Of a DNA stretch of 64,000 nt, positions 47,053 through 54,601 are shown piece after piece. Source of the stretch: a virus. Where the stretch lies: the IMG/VR virus record IMGVR_UViG_3300028027_000001; one strand, written 5' to 3'. The position numbers and the translations under genes were made by a program. The first letter of the stretch is position 1. Each line of letters opens with the position of its first letter. Under the pieces are notes generated by a model, which was not told the DNA's origin, did no database searches, and saw only the letters and a program-made list of their open reading frames with translations.

Positions 47053-47967
47053 TTATGCATTATGAGTGGATAAAATATGTTCAGCGTGTGCTCGAGCTAC
47101 TTCCCAACTTACTTCACCAGTTTCGTCTTCATATTGTACTGGGTCTGGTTTGCCTAATTTGATGAATGCCTCAATGCGTTCAACTGAGGATGCTGATTTA
47201 TAGTCTGAATTACCTGATGGGTATGGTTTGTATGATGTGTTTGTGCGTTTGTACACCTCATTAAATTCCAGTCCTAATTCACGGCATAATATTTCCCCAT
47301 CTTGTAAAATAGTAAATTTATCTCCATGTAAGTATGGTGTAAAATATCCTACTTTTTCTGCACCCCAGTTTCCTAAACGAAACGCATGGTCGTCAGCATC
47401 ACGAAATTCTTGTCTGCAGTCAGGATAAACTCCAAAATCACCCGCGTGGATTCCTAGAGCAATATCACATGGTTCATCAGTTTTACCAGATATAGATAAT
47501 GCAATCGCTTGTACAATGGATGCAAACATCTTGTTACGGTTTGGAACTACGGTTTGCCTTTGATTTTCCTCAGCGTAGTGGCCTTCAGGTACGTCTTCCC
47601 CACCTTCTACTAATGTGGAATTAAGTAAATCAACTAAACCGTCTAGTTTAATTACACGGTAGTTAATTAGAGATTTATTTGATGCTGATTCTTTCCATTC
47701 CTTCTGCATTTTATCCAAGTCTAACCCTTCTTGTTTGTCTCCAGGGATGCCGTCTTTTACAGAAATATTATTAATTTTTTGGGATATGTAACCATTAATA
47801 TAATCAACTAATGATTGAGCGCGCTCCAATTCTACTCTATGTTTTTGACCATAGTCAAATGAAATAGCTGTTACAGTATCGAATTCTTTTAAGCAACGAA
47901 GTAACAATGTACTCGAGTCCATCCCACCACTCAGTGAAACTACGGCGTGTTTTCTTGTGTTTTTCAT
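47053..47967 (-). CDS. queC: 7-cyano-7-deazaguanine synthase
   Basis: SLSGGMDS, FDYGQKH..E, VVPNRN, GIHAGD..YPDCR.EF. Confidence 0.95.
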   Translation of the reverse strand: MKNTRKHAVVSLSGGMDSSTLLLRCLKEFDTVTAISFDYGQKHRVELERAQSLVDYINGYISQKINNISVKDGIPGDKQEGLDLDKMQKEWKESASNKSLINYRVIKLDGLVDLLNSTLVEGGEDVPEGHYAEENQRQTVVPNRNKMFASIVQAIALSISGKTDEPCDIALGIHAGDFGVYPDCRQEFRDADDHAFRLGNWGAEKVGYFTPYLHGDKFTILQDGEILCRELGLEFNEVYKRTNTSYKPYPSGNSDYKSASSVERIEAFIKLGKPDPVQYEDETGEVSWEVARAHAEHILSTHNA

Positions 47968-47968
47968 A

Positions 47969-48220
47969 TTATTTTATTTTGTTTTCAAATATTTGATTAA
48001 ATGTGTTTTCTAAATCATCTAATATTCCATCTAAATAATCGAATAAATAATCTTCTTGTTCAATATCCAAAGTACCATCCAATACATCAATGAAAGGAAT
48101 CTCAACATTACTATAGAACATTTTAACTAGATCTGGCTCATTGGATTGGATGTATAATAAGGCATTGTCTAATCTTTTACCCAAATATACTAAATCACTT
48201 ACTTCTTCTTCGTAACTCAT
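47969..48220 (-). CDS. Hypothetical acidic protein
   Basis: ORF packing. Confidence 0.55.
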   Translation of the reverse strand: MSYEEEVSDLVYLGKRLDNALLYIQSNEPDLVKMFYSNVEIPFIDVLDGTLDIEQEDYLFDYLDGILDDLENTFNQIFENKIK

Positions 48221-48377
48221 CTGTTAATGTTTTAATTCCATCTCCCAATTTCTCTACTTTTAATTTAAATTCGGGATCTATACCGTCATTTTGCTCACTA
48301 ATCCCTGCTAATTTTTGCATGCGTCTTCTTTCTTCGTATGCTTTAACAATAGTTTCACATCTGTTTTCTTTTTTCAT
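48195..48377 (-). CDS. Hypothetical protein with RMQKLAGISE motif
   Basis: Shared motif. Confidence 0.6.
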   Translation of the reverse strand: MKKENRCETIVKAYEERRRMQKLAGISEQNDGIDPEFKLKVEKLGDGIKTLTDELRRRSK

Positions 48378-48511
48378 AATTTATCTGATATTTGTTGTAA
48401 CGTATCTAAATCTTCCTCACTTAAGCGTAAACGAACAAATCTACTATATAGTTTTTTAATCATAGCTAGATATTGTTCATCCATGATGTTTGATTGGTTT
48501 GAATAACTCAT
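48374..48511 (-). CDS. Small protein (45 aa, not in ORF track)
   Basis: MSYSNQSNIMDEQYLAMIKKLYSRFVRLRLSEEDLDTLQQISDKL; ATGA-coupled. Confidence 0.5.
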   Translation of the reverse strand: MSYSNQSNIMDEQYLAMIKKLYSRFVRLRLSEEDLDTLQQISDKL

Positions 48512-48522
48512 AATAATATATT

Positions 48523-48774
48523 TTAAATAAATGGACAATCTTGTAAGTCACCTAATGTAGCATCGTCCATTGGGTCTGGTTCAGCGAAAAAACCATCTAA
48601 GAAGTCCTTCGGGTATAAAAATACCATACCTGCAAATGTGGGGTTGGATATAGGACGCTGTTTTGGTTGTATTTTACTTTTGTAAGCTGCTGATGCTACT
48701 TTTCTACCTAATTCAGGACCAGCTGCTTTTCCTAAATAGTCGTACAATGATAAAAATGTTTCTCTTGATTCCAT
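48523..48774 (-). CDS. Hypothetical phage protein
   Basis: SLYDYLGKAAG.ELG...V.LYP..FL. Confidence 0.7.
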   Translation of the reverse strand: MESRETFLSLYDYLGKAAGPELGRKVASAAYKSKIQPKQRPISNPTFAGMVFLYPKDFLDGFFAEPDPMDDATLGDLQDCPFI

Positions 48775-48828
48775 AACTTTTATTTTTAAATTTGATTGAA
48801 TATACGAACTTGATCTATGGACTCCAAA

Positions 48829-49623
48829 TTAGAGCCCATTAATTTCACGAAATTTTCTTACATTGTACTCCACTAATTCCATAGCAATATCATCCATTGG
48901 TATGTCCTGGTAGTTGTTCATGTTTGATGTGGGTTTACGGTTTACTCCGTCTTCTCTATATACAGTACCATCTAAAGCAGCCATGACTGGGTTTGATGTA
49001 TCTAGTGATTCGATGAATGGCATCTCTCTATATAGGGAAAATTCAGCAGGCCACGCCGTACCAAGTAAATGTACTCTATCACTACTTAATAATATACCTT
49101 CTTCGTACATTTTGGATATGGCTATGAAACGGCCTATTGCTTTACCAAAGTCTGGGTTTAATGCGGGGCATAGTTTGTTGTAATATGATGCACCATATGA
49201 AAATGCGAATTTTTTGTAACCTAAATCACGATATGCTTGAACGCATAATATTGCTTCATGGAATGACTTTGCTTGGATTACAGCACATTTAGTAGTTGTT
49301 TCGGGTACTACTATGGTTGACCATCTCCTCGCGTTTACAACTGATGTATCGTAGTCTTCCCACGCATCAGGAATGAAGAATGTAGTTGGTTCTAGAATGT
49401 TTACCCATTTTGTAAGTAATTCATCTGATACACTTTCTCCTAATTCGTGTAAGCTGTTGTCGAGGTATATTTCGATACCGTCTGTTTTACATTGCAAAAA
49501 ATGATTACGGTATTGCTCGTTTTCCTCCATTAAGTGAGGAAGACAGTACTGATATGGCATGTGTTTTTTACTCCATTCAAGTAATGCGAAGGGCACCTCA
49601 TGGCTGTACTTTACTTTTTTCAT
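48829..49623 (-). CDS. TGT-fold protein, DpdA-like deazapurine transglycosylase
   Basis: LDNS, IPD, VIQ, VHLLG and SLDTS in the order typical of TGT barrels; adjacent to queC. Confidence 0.7.
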   Translation of the reverse strand: MKKVKYSHEVPFALLEWSKKHMPYQYCLPHLMEENEQYRNHFLQCKTDGIEIYLDNSLHELGESVSDELLTKWVNILEPTTFFIPDAWEDYDTSVVNARRWSTIVVPETTTKCAVIQAKSFHEAILCVQAYRDLGYKKFAFSYGASYYNKLCPALNPDFGKAIGRFIAISKMYEEGILLSSDRVHLLGTAWPAEFSLYREMPFIESLDTSNPVMAALDGTVYREDGVNRKPTSNMNNYQDIPMDDIAMELVEYNVRKFREINGL

Positions 49624-49677
49624 ATAACTTTAATTTGTGTTGAATATACAAAGGCTCCTTTTGAGAGCCAATGTTTT

Positions 49678-49932
49678 TTAATTTAATGCGTAATTATGGT
49701 TTGAACATTCATTATATGAATACTCTACTTCTCTAAAGCGATCGGCTCGATATCCTACCCAACGCATGCCCATCTTGGTGATGCCTTCGTTTACGGCGCC
49801 TTTAATAATGTATACTCGCTGATCTAACGCGTTTATATATTCGTGTTCAACTTCGTATTCTTCATCGAACATAACATATGCTCCTTCTGGTAAATTTGTG
49901 TCATTAACACAGATTACTTGCTTCATTGCCAT
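49678..49932 (-). CDS. Hypothetical protein
   Basis: VICVND...Y.ADRF. Confidence 0.65.
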   Translation of the reverse strand: MAMKQVICVNDTNLPEGAYVMFDEEYEVEHEYINALDQRVYIIKGAVNEGITKMGMRWVGYRADRFREVEYSYNECSNHNYALN

Positions 49933-50456
49933 TCTATTTTATGATTATGTACTCTAATTGCGTACCCATTAATGCAAGGATAACCACAGTTATATGCACC
50001 AAATGTGGTTTTCCAATCACCATATAAATTATGTAATTTACGTAATAATTTCATTGAAGTCATTACATTATATTCAATGTCGTTTCGCAATTTGGATGCG
50101 CTTACAGTTTCGTGGTTAATATATTTTGCCGTAGCCACCATTACTTGCATTGCACCTTGAGCTCCTGCCCCCGATGTTTGATTATGTTTGTATTTCCAGT
50201 GGAATGGACCTTTATATCCGGTCTCACTGGATGCTATCCCGTATGCAAATCTTTTTGGTATGTTGAATGAATCTGCATATTTTTCAATGTAGTAGTACAT
50301 CTGTAAACATGGTGGGTCTGTTCTACTTACCGGAGAGCGTAGGGGTGGTAATTCCAATACGTTGGGGTCTTTTGGAGCAGGTTTGGGGTGTTCTCTAAAT
50401 GCTACTAGAGCCACTAAAACAATAGCGGCTACTAGTAAAAATCTTATTTGGTTCAT
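49923..50456 (-). CDS. Membrane-anchored lytic transglycosylase (SLT-like)
   Basis: N-terminal TM; catalytic SET; SGAGAQGAMQV; AYNCG. Confidence 0.85.
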   Translation of the reverse strand: MNQIRFLLVAAIVLVALVAFREHPKPAPKDPNVLELPPLRSPVSRTDPPCLQMYYYIEKYADSFNIPKRFAYGIASSETGYKGPFHWKYKHNQTSGAGAQGAMQVMVATAKYINHETVSASKLRNDIEYNVMTSMKLLRKLHNLYGDWKTTFGAYNCGYPCINGYAIRVHNHKIEWQ

Positions 50457-50788
50457 GGTTGGGTAGCGTTTTGGTAAATTCTATATGAATACATTTTAAA
50501 TATGCACATACCTACTGAATCTGAATATACCTGGTATTTTCCAGTTTGTTTATTGATTAATAGTAATTCATTATGTTCATCAACAGCAATAGATATGTCT
50601 TTGGTTGAGCGCATGCTGCGATATGGGTTGTCTTTGTAGGTGTTTTTTGACATATTATTGGTAACTTCAATTTTGTGAGTATATTTACCTACAAAAAATC
50701 CTATTACTAGTGCAATTACAATTATAGAATATTGCATAACTTTATTTAACGTTGGTACAACGTTTTCCTTGTTCAAAACTGATTTCAT
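50453..50788 (-). CDS. Single-TM membrane protein
   Basis: Hydrophobic helix; coupled to the SLT gene. Confidence 0.65.
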   Translation of the reverse strand: MKSVLNKENVVPTLNKVMQYSIIVIALVIGFFVGKYTHKIEVTNNMSKNTYKDNPYRSMRSTKDISIAVDEHNELLLINKQTGKYQVYSDSVGMCIFKMYSYRIYQNATQP

Positions 50789-50806
50789 ATTATGGGATTT
50801 TATTGG

Positions 50807-51085
50807 TTACTTGGTTTTATTTGGGCATCCGTTTGCACCAAATTTGTCTAAAGATACTCCACACACACAAGTGCGAGATAGCACATCAAATTCACAATTA
50901 CGATAAGATGACTTTTTTGTTTGAAGGTAAATATACACTTCAGTGTCTAACGGAGATAAAGTCTTATCTGGGTATACTGTGTGGGAGATAAGTAGTTTTT
51001 TGAGTGGTTTTGGTTTGGAGATTTTACATAAAAATCCATTACGTCTCAAAAATAATAAGAAATGTGTTTTCAAATTGCGTTTCAT
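50807..51085 (-). CDS. Hypothetical protein
   Basis: AAAGGTTATG start, promoter at ~51110. Confidence 0.55.
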   Translation of the reverse strand: MKRNLKTHFLLFLRRNGFLCKISKPKPLKKLLISHTVYPDKTLSPLDTEVYIYLQTKKSSYRNCEFDVLSRTCVCGVSLDKFGANGCPNKTK

Positions 51086-51140
51086 AACCTTTATTTTTTA
51101 AATTATACTTGAATATACGAACAAATATTCTGATTATCAA

Positions 51141-51296
51141 CTATCCTTTCAATAGTTCACGAGTATCTTTTTTCTCTTCTGGTTCTTCCAATGGGAGAGG
51201 GGGCATCTTAAATATTACATACGCTACATACATCCCAGAAATGATTAAAATAGACATAACTATTATTATAAATGATAAAAGAATTAATATAGCCAT
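51141..51296 (-). CDS. Small membrane protein
   Basis: MAILILLSFIIIVMSILIISGMYVAYVIF. Confidence 0.5.
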   Translation of the reverse strand: MAILILLSFIIIVMSILIISGMYVAYVIFKMPPLPLEEPEEKKDTRELLKG

Positions 51297-51536
51297 AATA
51301 ATATATTTTGTTTTTAAAAACTCAACCAAAAACCCACACGTCTGTGGGTATGGTTGAGGGTGATGCAGGTTATACAACGGTTACTCGAGTGACACATTGC
51401 TTTCCCTTACATCTAAAAAGTCCAGCAAGCAGTTCTTATGGTATAGTTACTGGAGCATTTAACCTACCGAATAGAACCGATAGGGGGGTAAAAGACACAC
51501 CCTGGGACGCTGTTCGAATGGGTAGCGTGGTGTGTA

Positions 51537-51977
51537 CTATTTGGTTAAGTATATTTCTATAGTCATGTTTTCATGTCGTTCCAAATGATGGAAATCTCGA
51601 TGGCAATTAGAACAGAGTAATACACATTTTGATATTTCTTCTTCTAACAATTTATAGCTGGTTTGGTTAGCTCCGATATCAAATTTTTTTTGTGTTGGGT
51701 CTCTGTGGTGAAAATCAATAACATGGATTCTATCATCCCCACATCTTTCACACCCTGGTTTTTTATGATTATTTATCCATTCTAATTTACGTGAACGGGT
51801 AACTTTATTTCTTTCCAACCAAACCTCAGGCTGTTCAGAATATGTTTTTTTATACGATTTTTTCTCTTCTTCTCTAGAGCATACTCTACATATTCTTTGC
51901 AAACCATCTTTTTTTGATTTGTTCTTATTAAACTCGCTTACGGGTTTAATTATTGTACATTTTGGGCATTGTTTCAT
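51537..51977 (-). CDS. HNH endonuclease next to the tRNA cluster
   Basis: CPKC...CRVC, CERCG...DFHH.DP..K...KCVLLCSNCHR. Confidence 0.85.
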   Translation of the reverse strand: MKQCPKCTIIKPVSEFNKNKSKKDGLQRICRVCSREEEKKSYKKTYSEQPEVWLERNKVTRSRKLEWINNHKKPGCERCGDDRIHVIDFHHRDPTQKKFDIGANQTSYKLLEEEISKCVLLCSNCHRDFHHLERHENMTIEIYLTK

Positions 51978-52067
51978 GGTTATACATATATGAAACATAT
52001 GGCAGAATCGAACTCCTCTTGAGAGATTACAAATCAAACACAATGCCTGCAAAGCAGGAAGAAATTG

Positions 52068-52140
52068 AGCCTCTGGCCGGCTACGATCCGACGACCTTTT
52101 GATTACAAATCAAATGCTCTACCAACTGAGCTACAGAGGC
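52068..52140 (-). tRNA. tRNA-Thr(UGU)
   Basis: GCCTCTG acceptor; TTTGA-TTTGTAA-TCAAA anticodon arm; atypical T-loop ATCGTAG. Confidence 0.88.
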
Positions 52141-52146
52141 AATAAG

Positions 52147-52233
52147 CGGAAAAGGTAGGATTCAAACCTACGGAACCCTTGCGAGTTCGCCGCATTTCAA
52201 GTGCGGTGCATTAGATCGCTCTGCCACTTTTCC
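52147..52233 (-). tRNA. tRNA-Ser(UGA)
   Basis: GGAAAAG/CTTTTCC-G; CCGCA-CTTGAAA-TGCGG; long variable arm. Confidence 0.92.
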
Positions 52234-52235
52234 AG

Positions 52236-52460
52236 TTCCCATTTAACTAAGCCAAATGGGGAAAATGCTTTGAGTAAAACTACCTACTAGGCAGCAATAC
52301 TCATATGGTTTGTGTTGCCGTTTAAAGCGTTAAATAATTCTCAATATATCGTACCTCACATGCAATCAAAGCCAAAAACACGCCCATATGTGATGTATTG
52401 TCGGTTTGTGTGTGGACGTGCCGAGAGTCGAACTCGGGTCTTACATGTTTTCCAATATAA
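52236..52460 (-). ncRNA. ssrA: Circularly permuted (two-piece) tmRNA, tag GNTNHMSIAA
   Basis: Acceptor piece ACATGTAA-GAC-CCGAG-TTCGACT-CTCGG-CACGTCC-A (52448-52413) precedes the 5' end GGGCGTG (52385); G3:U70 pair; TTGCATGT/ACATGTAA helix; tag ORF 52319-52287; outer ends approximate. Confidence 0.88.
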
Positions 52461-52476
52461 ATCAACGAACTATTCG

Positions 52477-52548
52477 TATTCGATACGGGAATCGAACCCG
52501 TGCCTCTGCCGTGAAAGGGCAGCGTGTTAACCGCTTCACTAATCGAAC
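52477..52548 (-). tRNA. tRNA-Glu(UUC)
   Basis: CTGCC-CTTTCAC-GGCAG; T arm ACGGG-TTCGATT-CCCGT. Confidence 0.92.
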
Positions 52549-52685
52549 ATATGTATGTTTTTTGAAATTGCCCCAGAACATACAAACTGTGCCGACATAC
52601 GATTCGGAGCCGAGTGTGCTATTTTGTATACAACATTGCGTTTATATACCGCCTTGCGCTGCCTTCGTTCCCTTGTACTTCGGGC

Positions 52686-52832
52686 TTATTTTTTTAATGC
52701 GTCTCGCATAATTTGATCTAAAGATACTTTAGATTCACGAACTACACGTTGTTTTACAGGGGATTTTTTACCTAAACTGTTCATCCACCCTTGTAAACAT
52801 TCTACTCTTTGTCTTGTTGATGTTTTTGACAT
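52686..52832 (-). CDS. Small basic protein (48 aa, not in ORF track)
   Basis: MSKTSTRQRVECLQGWMNSLGKKSPVKQRVVRESKVSLDQIMRDALKK; promoter at ~52860. Confidence 0.55.
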   Translation of the reverse strand: MSKTSTRQRVECLQGWMNSLGKKSPVKQRVVRESKVSLDQIMRDALKK

Positions 52833-52959
52833 ATTTTTTTATTTTCTTTATTATGATTGAATATACGAATAAAATATATGATATCCAAGCATTTTTTGAA
52901 AGAAATAGCATCTCTTTTTGGAGATGCTAAATCATTGGGTAACGCGGGGTTGCGCGTAG

Positions 52960-53033
52960 TGGAGAAAACAGGAATCGAACCTGCGACCCTCTGCGTGCAA
53001 GGCAGATGCTCTAGCCAACTGAGCTACTTCCCC
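52960..53033 (-). tRNA. tRNA-Ala(UGC)
   Basis: GGGGAAG acceptor with G3:U70; TCTGC-CTTGCAC-GCAGA. Confidence 0.93.
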
Positions 53034-53093
53034 ATCTTATATCCATACATATGGGTAAATATGGTTAAAGTCGCATATTATGTGAAAGATAAT

Positions 53094-54032
53094 TTATTCT
53101 TGGTATATTAAATGGGTGGATAAGTCTGAGTATATTACTATTACCCACCCCTTGTAATCTCCATTAATATATCTTCCATTCATGTCAATTATATGGGATA
53201 TCTGTTTTGTGGCTGTTGGGTTAAATAGGGAAACTAGTTCACATTCGTGTTCACTACCATCAAAATCAGTTTGAGTTAGTTTATAGTATACAATTTTTTC
53301 TGAGATATATTCATCGGTATTTTGATAGTATGTTTTATTTGGTGTTGTACCTGCACCCTCTTGTTTTATTATAGGTACCCACACATATCCGTCTCCACTA
53401 CGATATATGCTGAAGTACCAGTTTCTAGTTTCAGTAGCGCTGCACCATTGAATTAGGTTGTGGGTAGGGGTGGGAGTTACTTTAAAATAAAGCAATTCAA
53501 TAGGTAGAGATGTGGGGGTTGATTCGGAAATGTTCATATCATCTAAGTATACAGATGTTGGTCCACCGTATACAGTACCAATTAATATTTGAATATATGC
53601 ACTTCCGCTATATGTTGAGGTTAAGTTTATATTCCATGTATACCAAGTGGAGAAATTAGATGAACATGATGAATTACTTTGAGTTTGGGATGCTATCAGT
53701 GTTGTTTGGTTTGCGGTCTCGTTTAAATTAACAGTAACATCACATGCCCTTTTTGTGTAAAAGGTAACATTATATGTGTTCCCACTTACTACAGTAACAG
53801 GAACATAAATGTATTTCCCATTACCAGTAGCAGCAGAAGATAATCTTGCGGAACGCGTTCCAGATACACTATTAGATGTTGCGGTAGCATCGTATGTGAA
53901 ACTCCATGAAGATGAAGTTGATGACCACCCCGAAGGAGCAGTAGATGAAAATGCTTCGCTAACGATGGTAGTTTGGACCCACCCCAAAAACGGGAGGAGG
54001 AAGAAAATATTTAATATTGACCACTTCATCAC
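53094..54032 (-). CDS. Secreted carbohydrate-binding-like protein with Bacteroidota LPIEL Ig-like domain and probable T9SS CTD
   Basis: Signal peptide; S/T-rich beta-sandwich ending VYLDDM; SLPIELLYF...W.SATE...F.IYRS.DG...YYKLTQTDFDG; C-terminal IIDMNGR...G.VIVIYSD. Confidence 0.75.
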   Translation of the reverse strand: MMKWSILNIFFLLPFLGWVQTTIVSEAFSSTAPSGWSSTSSSWSFTYDATATSNSVSGTRSARLSSAATGNGKYIYVPVTVVSGNTYNVTFYTKRACDVTVNLNETANQTTLIASQTQSNSSCSSNFSTWYTWNINLTSTYSGSAYIQILIGTVYGGPTSVYLDDMNISESTPTSLPIELLYFKVTPTPTHNLIQWCSATETRNWYFSIYRSGDGYVWVPIIKQEGAGTTPNKTYYQNTDEYISEKIVYYKLTQTDFDGSEHECELVSLFNPTATKQISHIIDMNGRYINGDYKGWVIVIYSDLSTHLIYQE

Positions 54033-54038
54033 AACATG

Positions 54039-54350
54039 TTATTGTAAGTTTCTACTATGAATTACTACTTTCCCATTTACCAAATGTACCAGCGGTTTAC
54101 CTTCACCCCACCCAACACTAGTGAAAAATTCAGGATTGATGAATTCGTCTATTGTTTCAATATAGCACTGCCCATAATCACAAGATATTTGCTCATATAA
54201 TTCCTCTATTATTTTTGGGTCAATTTCAACAACCCCATCAATTCGAGTTACGGCCATTTGGGACGTACTAGCTAACACATGGGTGTTGTCTTCTGATAAA
54301 ATGTATGGTTCATTTTCTAGATATACCATATTGGCTTTGGTTAATTTCAT
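54039..54350 (-). CDS. Hypothetical protein
   Basis: ORF packing. Confidence 0.65.
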   Translation of the reverse strand: MKLTKANMVYLENEPYILSEDNTHVLASTSQMAVTRIDGVVEIDPKIIEELYEQISCDYGQCYIETIDEFINPEFFTSVGWGEGKPLVHLVNGKVVIHSRNLQ

Positions 54351-54601
54351 CGCAATGATTTGTTTAGGTTTTGGGTAATTGTTTGTATATGTTCGGGAAG
54401 TGTTTTGTGTATGTTTACTACAGCTTCTCCTGCTTTTTTAAATATTATTGAATACTGAAATGAAGGATTGAATGTATGAAGTTTATTGAATTCTTTGTCG
54501 AGGCATTTAATAGCATCTGGTTCATCTATGGTCATGCCTGGGAATGGTTTAACTAGGTGGGATTTCCATTTAGTATTGAATTCGTTTAATGTCATCTCCA
54601 A
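54347..54601 (-). CDS. Hypothetical protein
   Basis: ORF packing. Confidence 0.65.
   Translation of the reverse strand: MEMTLNEFNTKWKSHLVKPFPGMTIDEPDAIKCLDKEFNKLHTFNPSFQYSIIFKKAGEAVVNIHKTLPEHIQTITQNLNKSLR

Noticed and set aside
47969-48377. Frameshift fusion of 48195..48377 with 47969..48220
   Set aside because: The 26-nt overlap is compatible with two separate genes. There is no slippery site or paralog evidence to decide without homologs.
52312-53111. ORFs 52312..52530, 52322..52585, 52406..52711 and 52857..53111
   Set aside because: They overlap tRNA and tmRNA genes.
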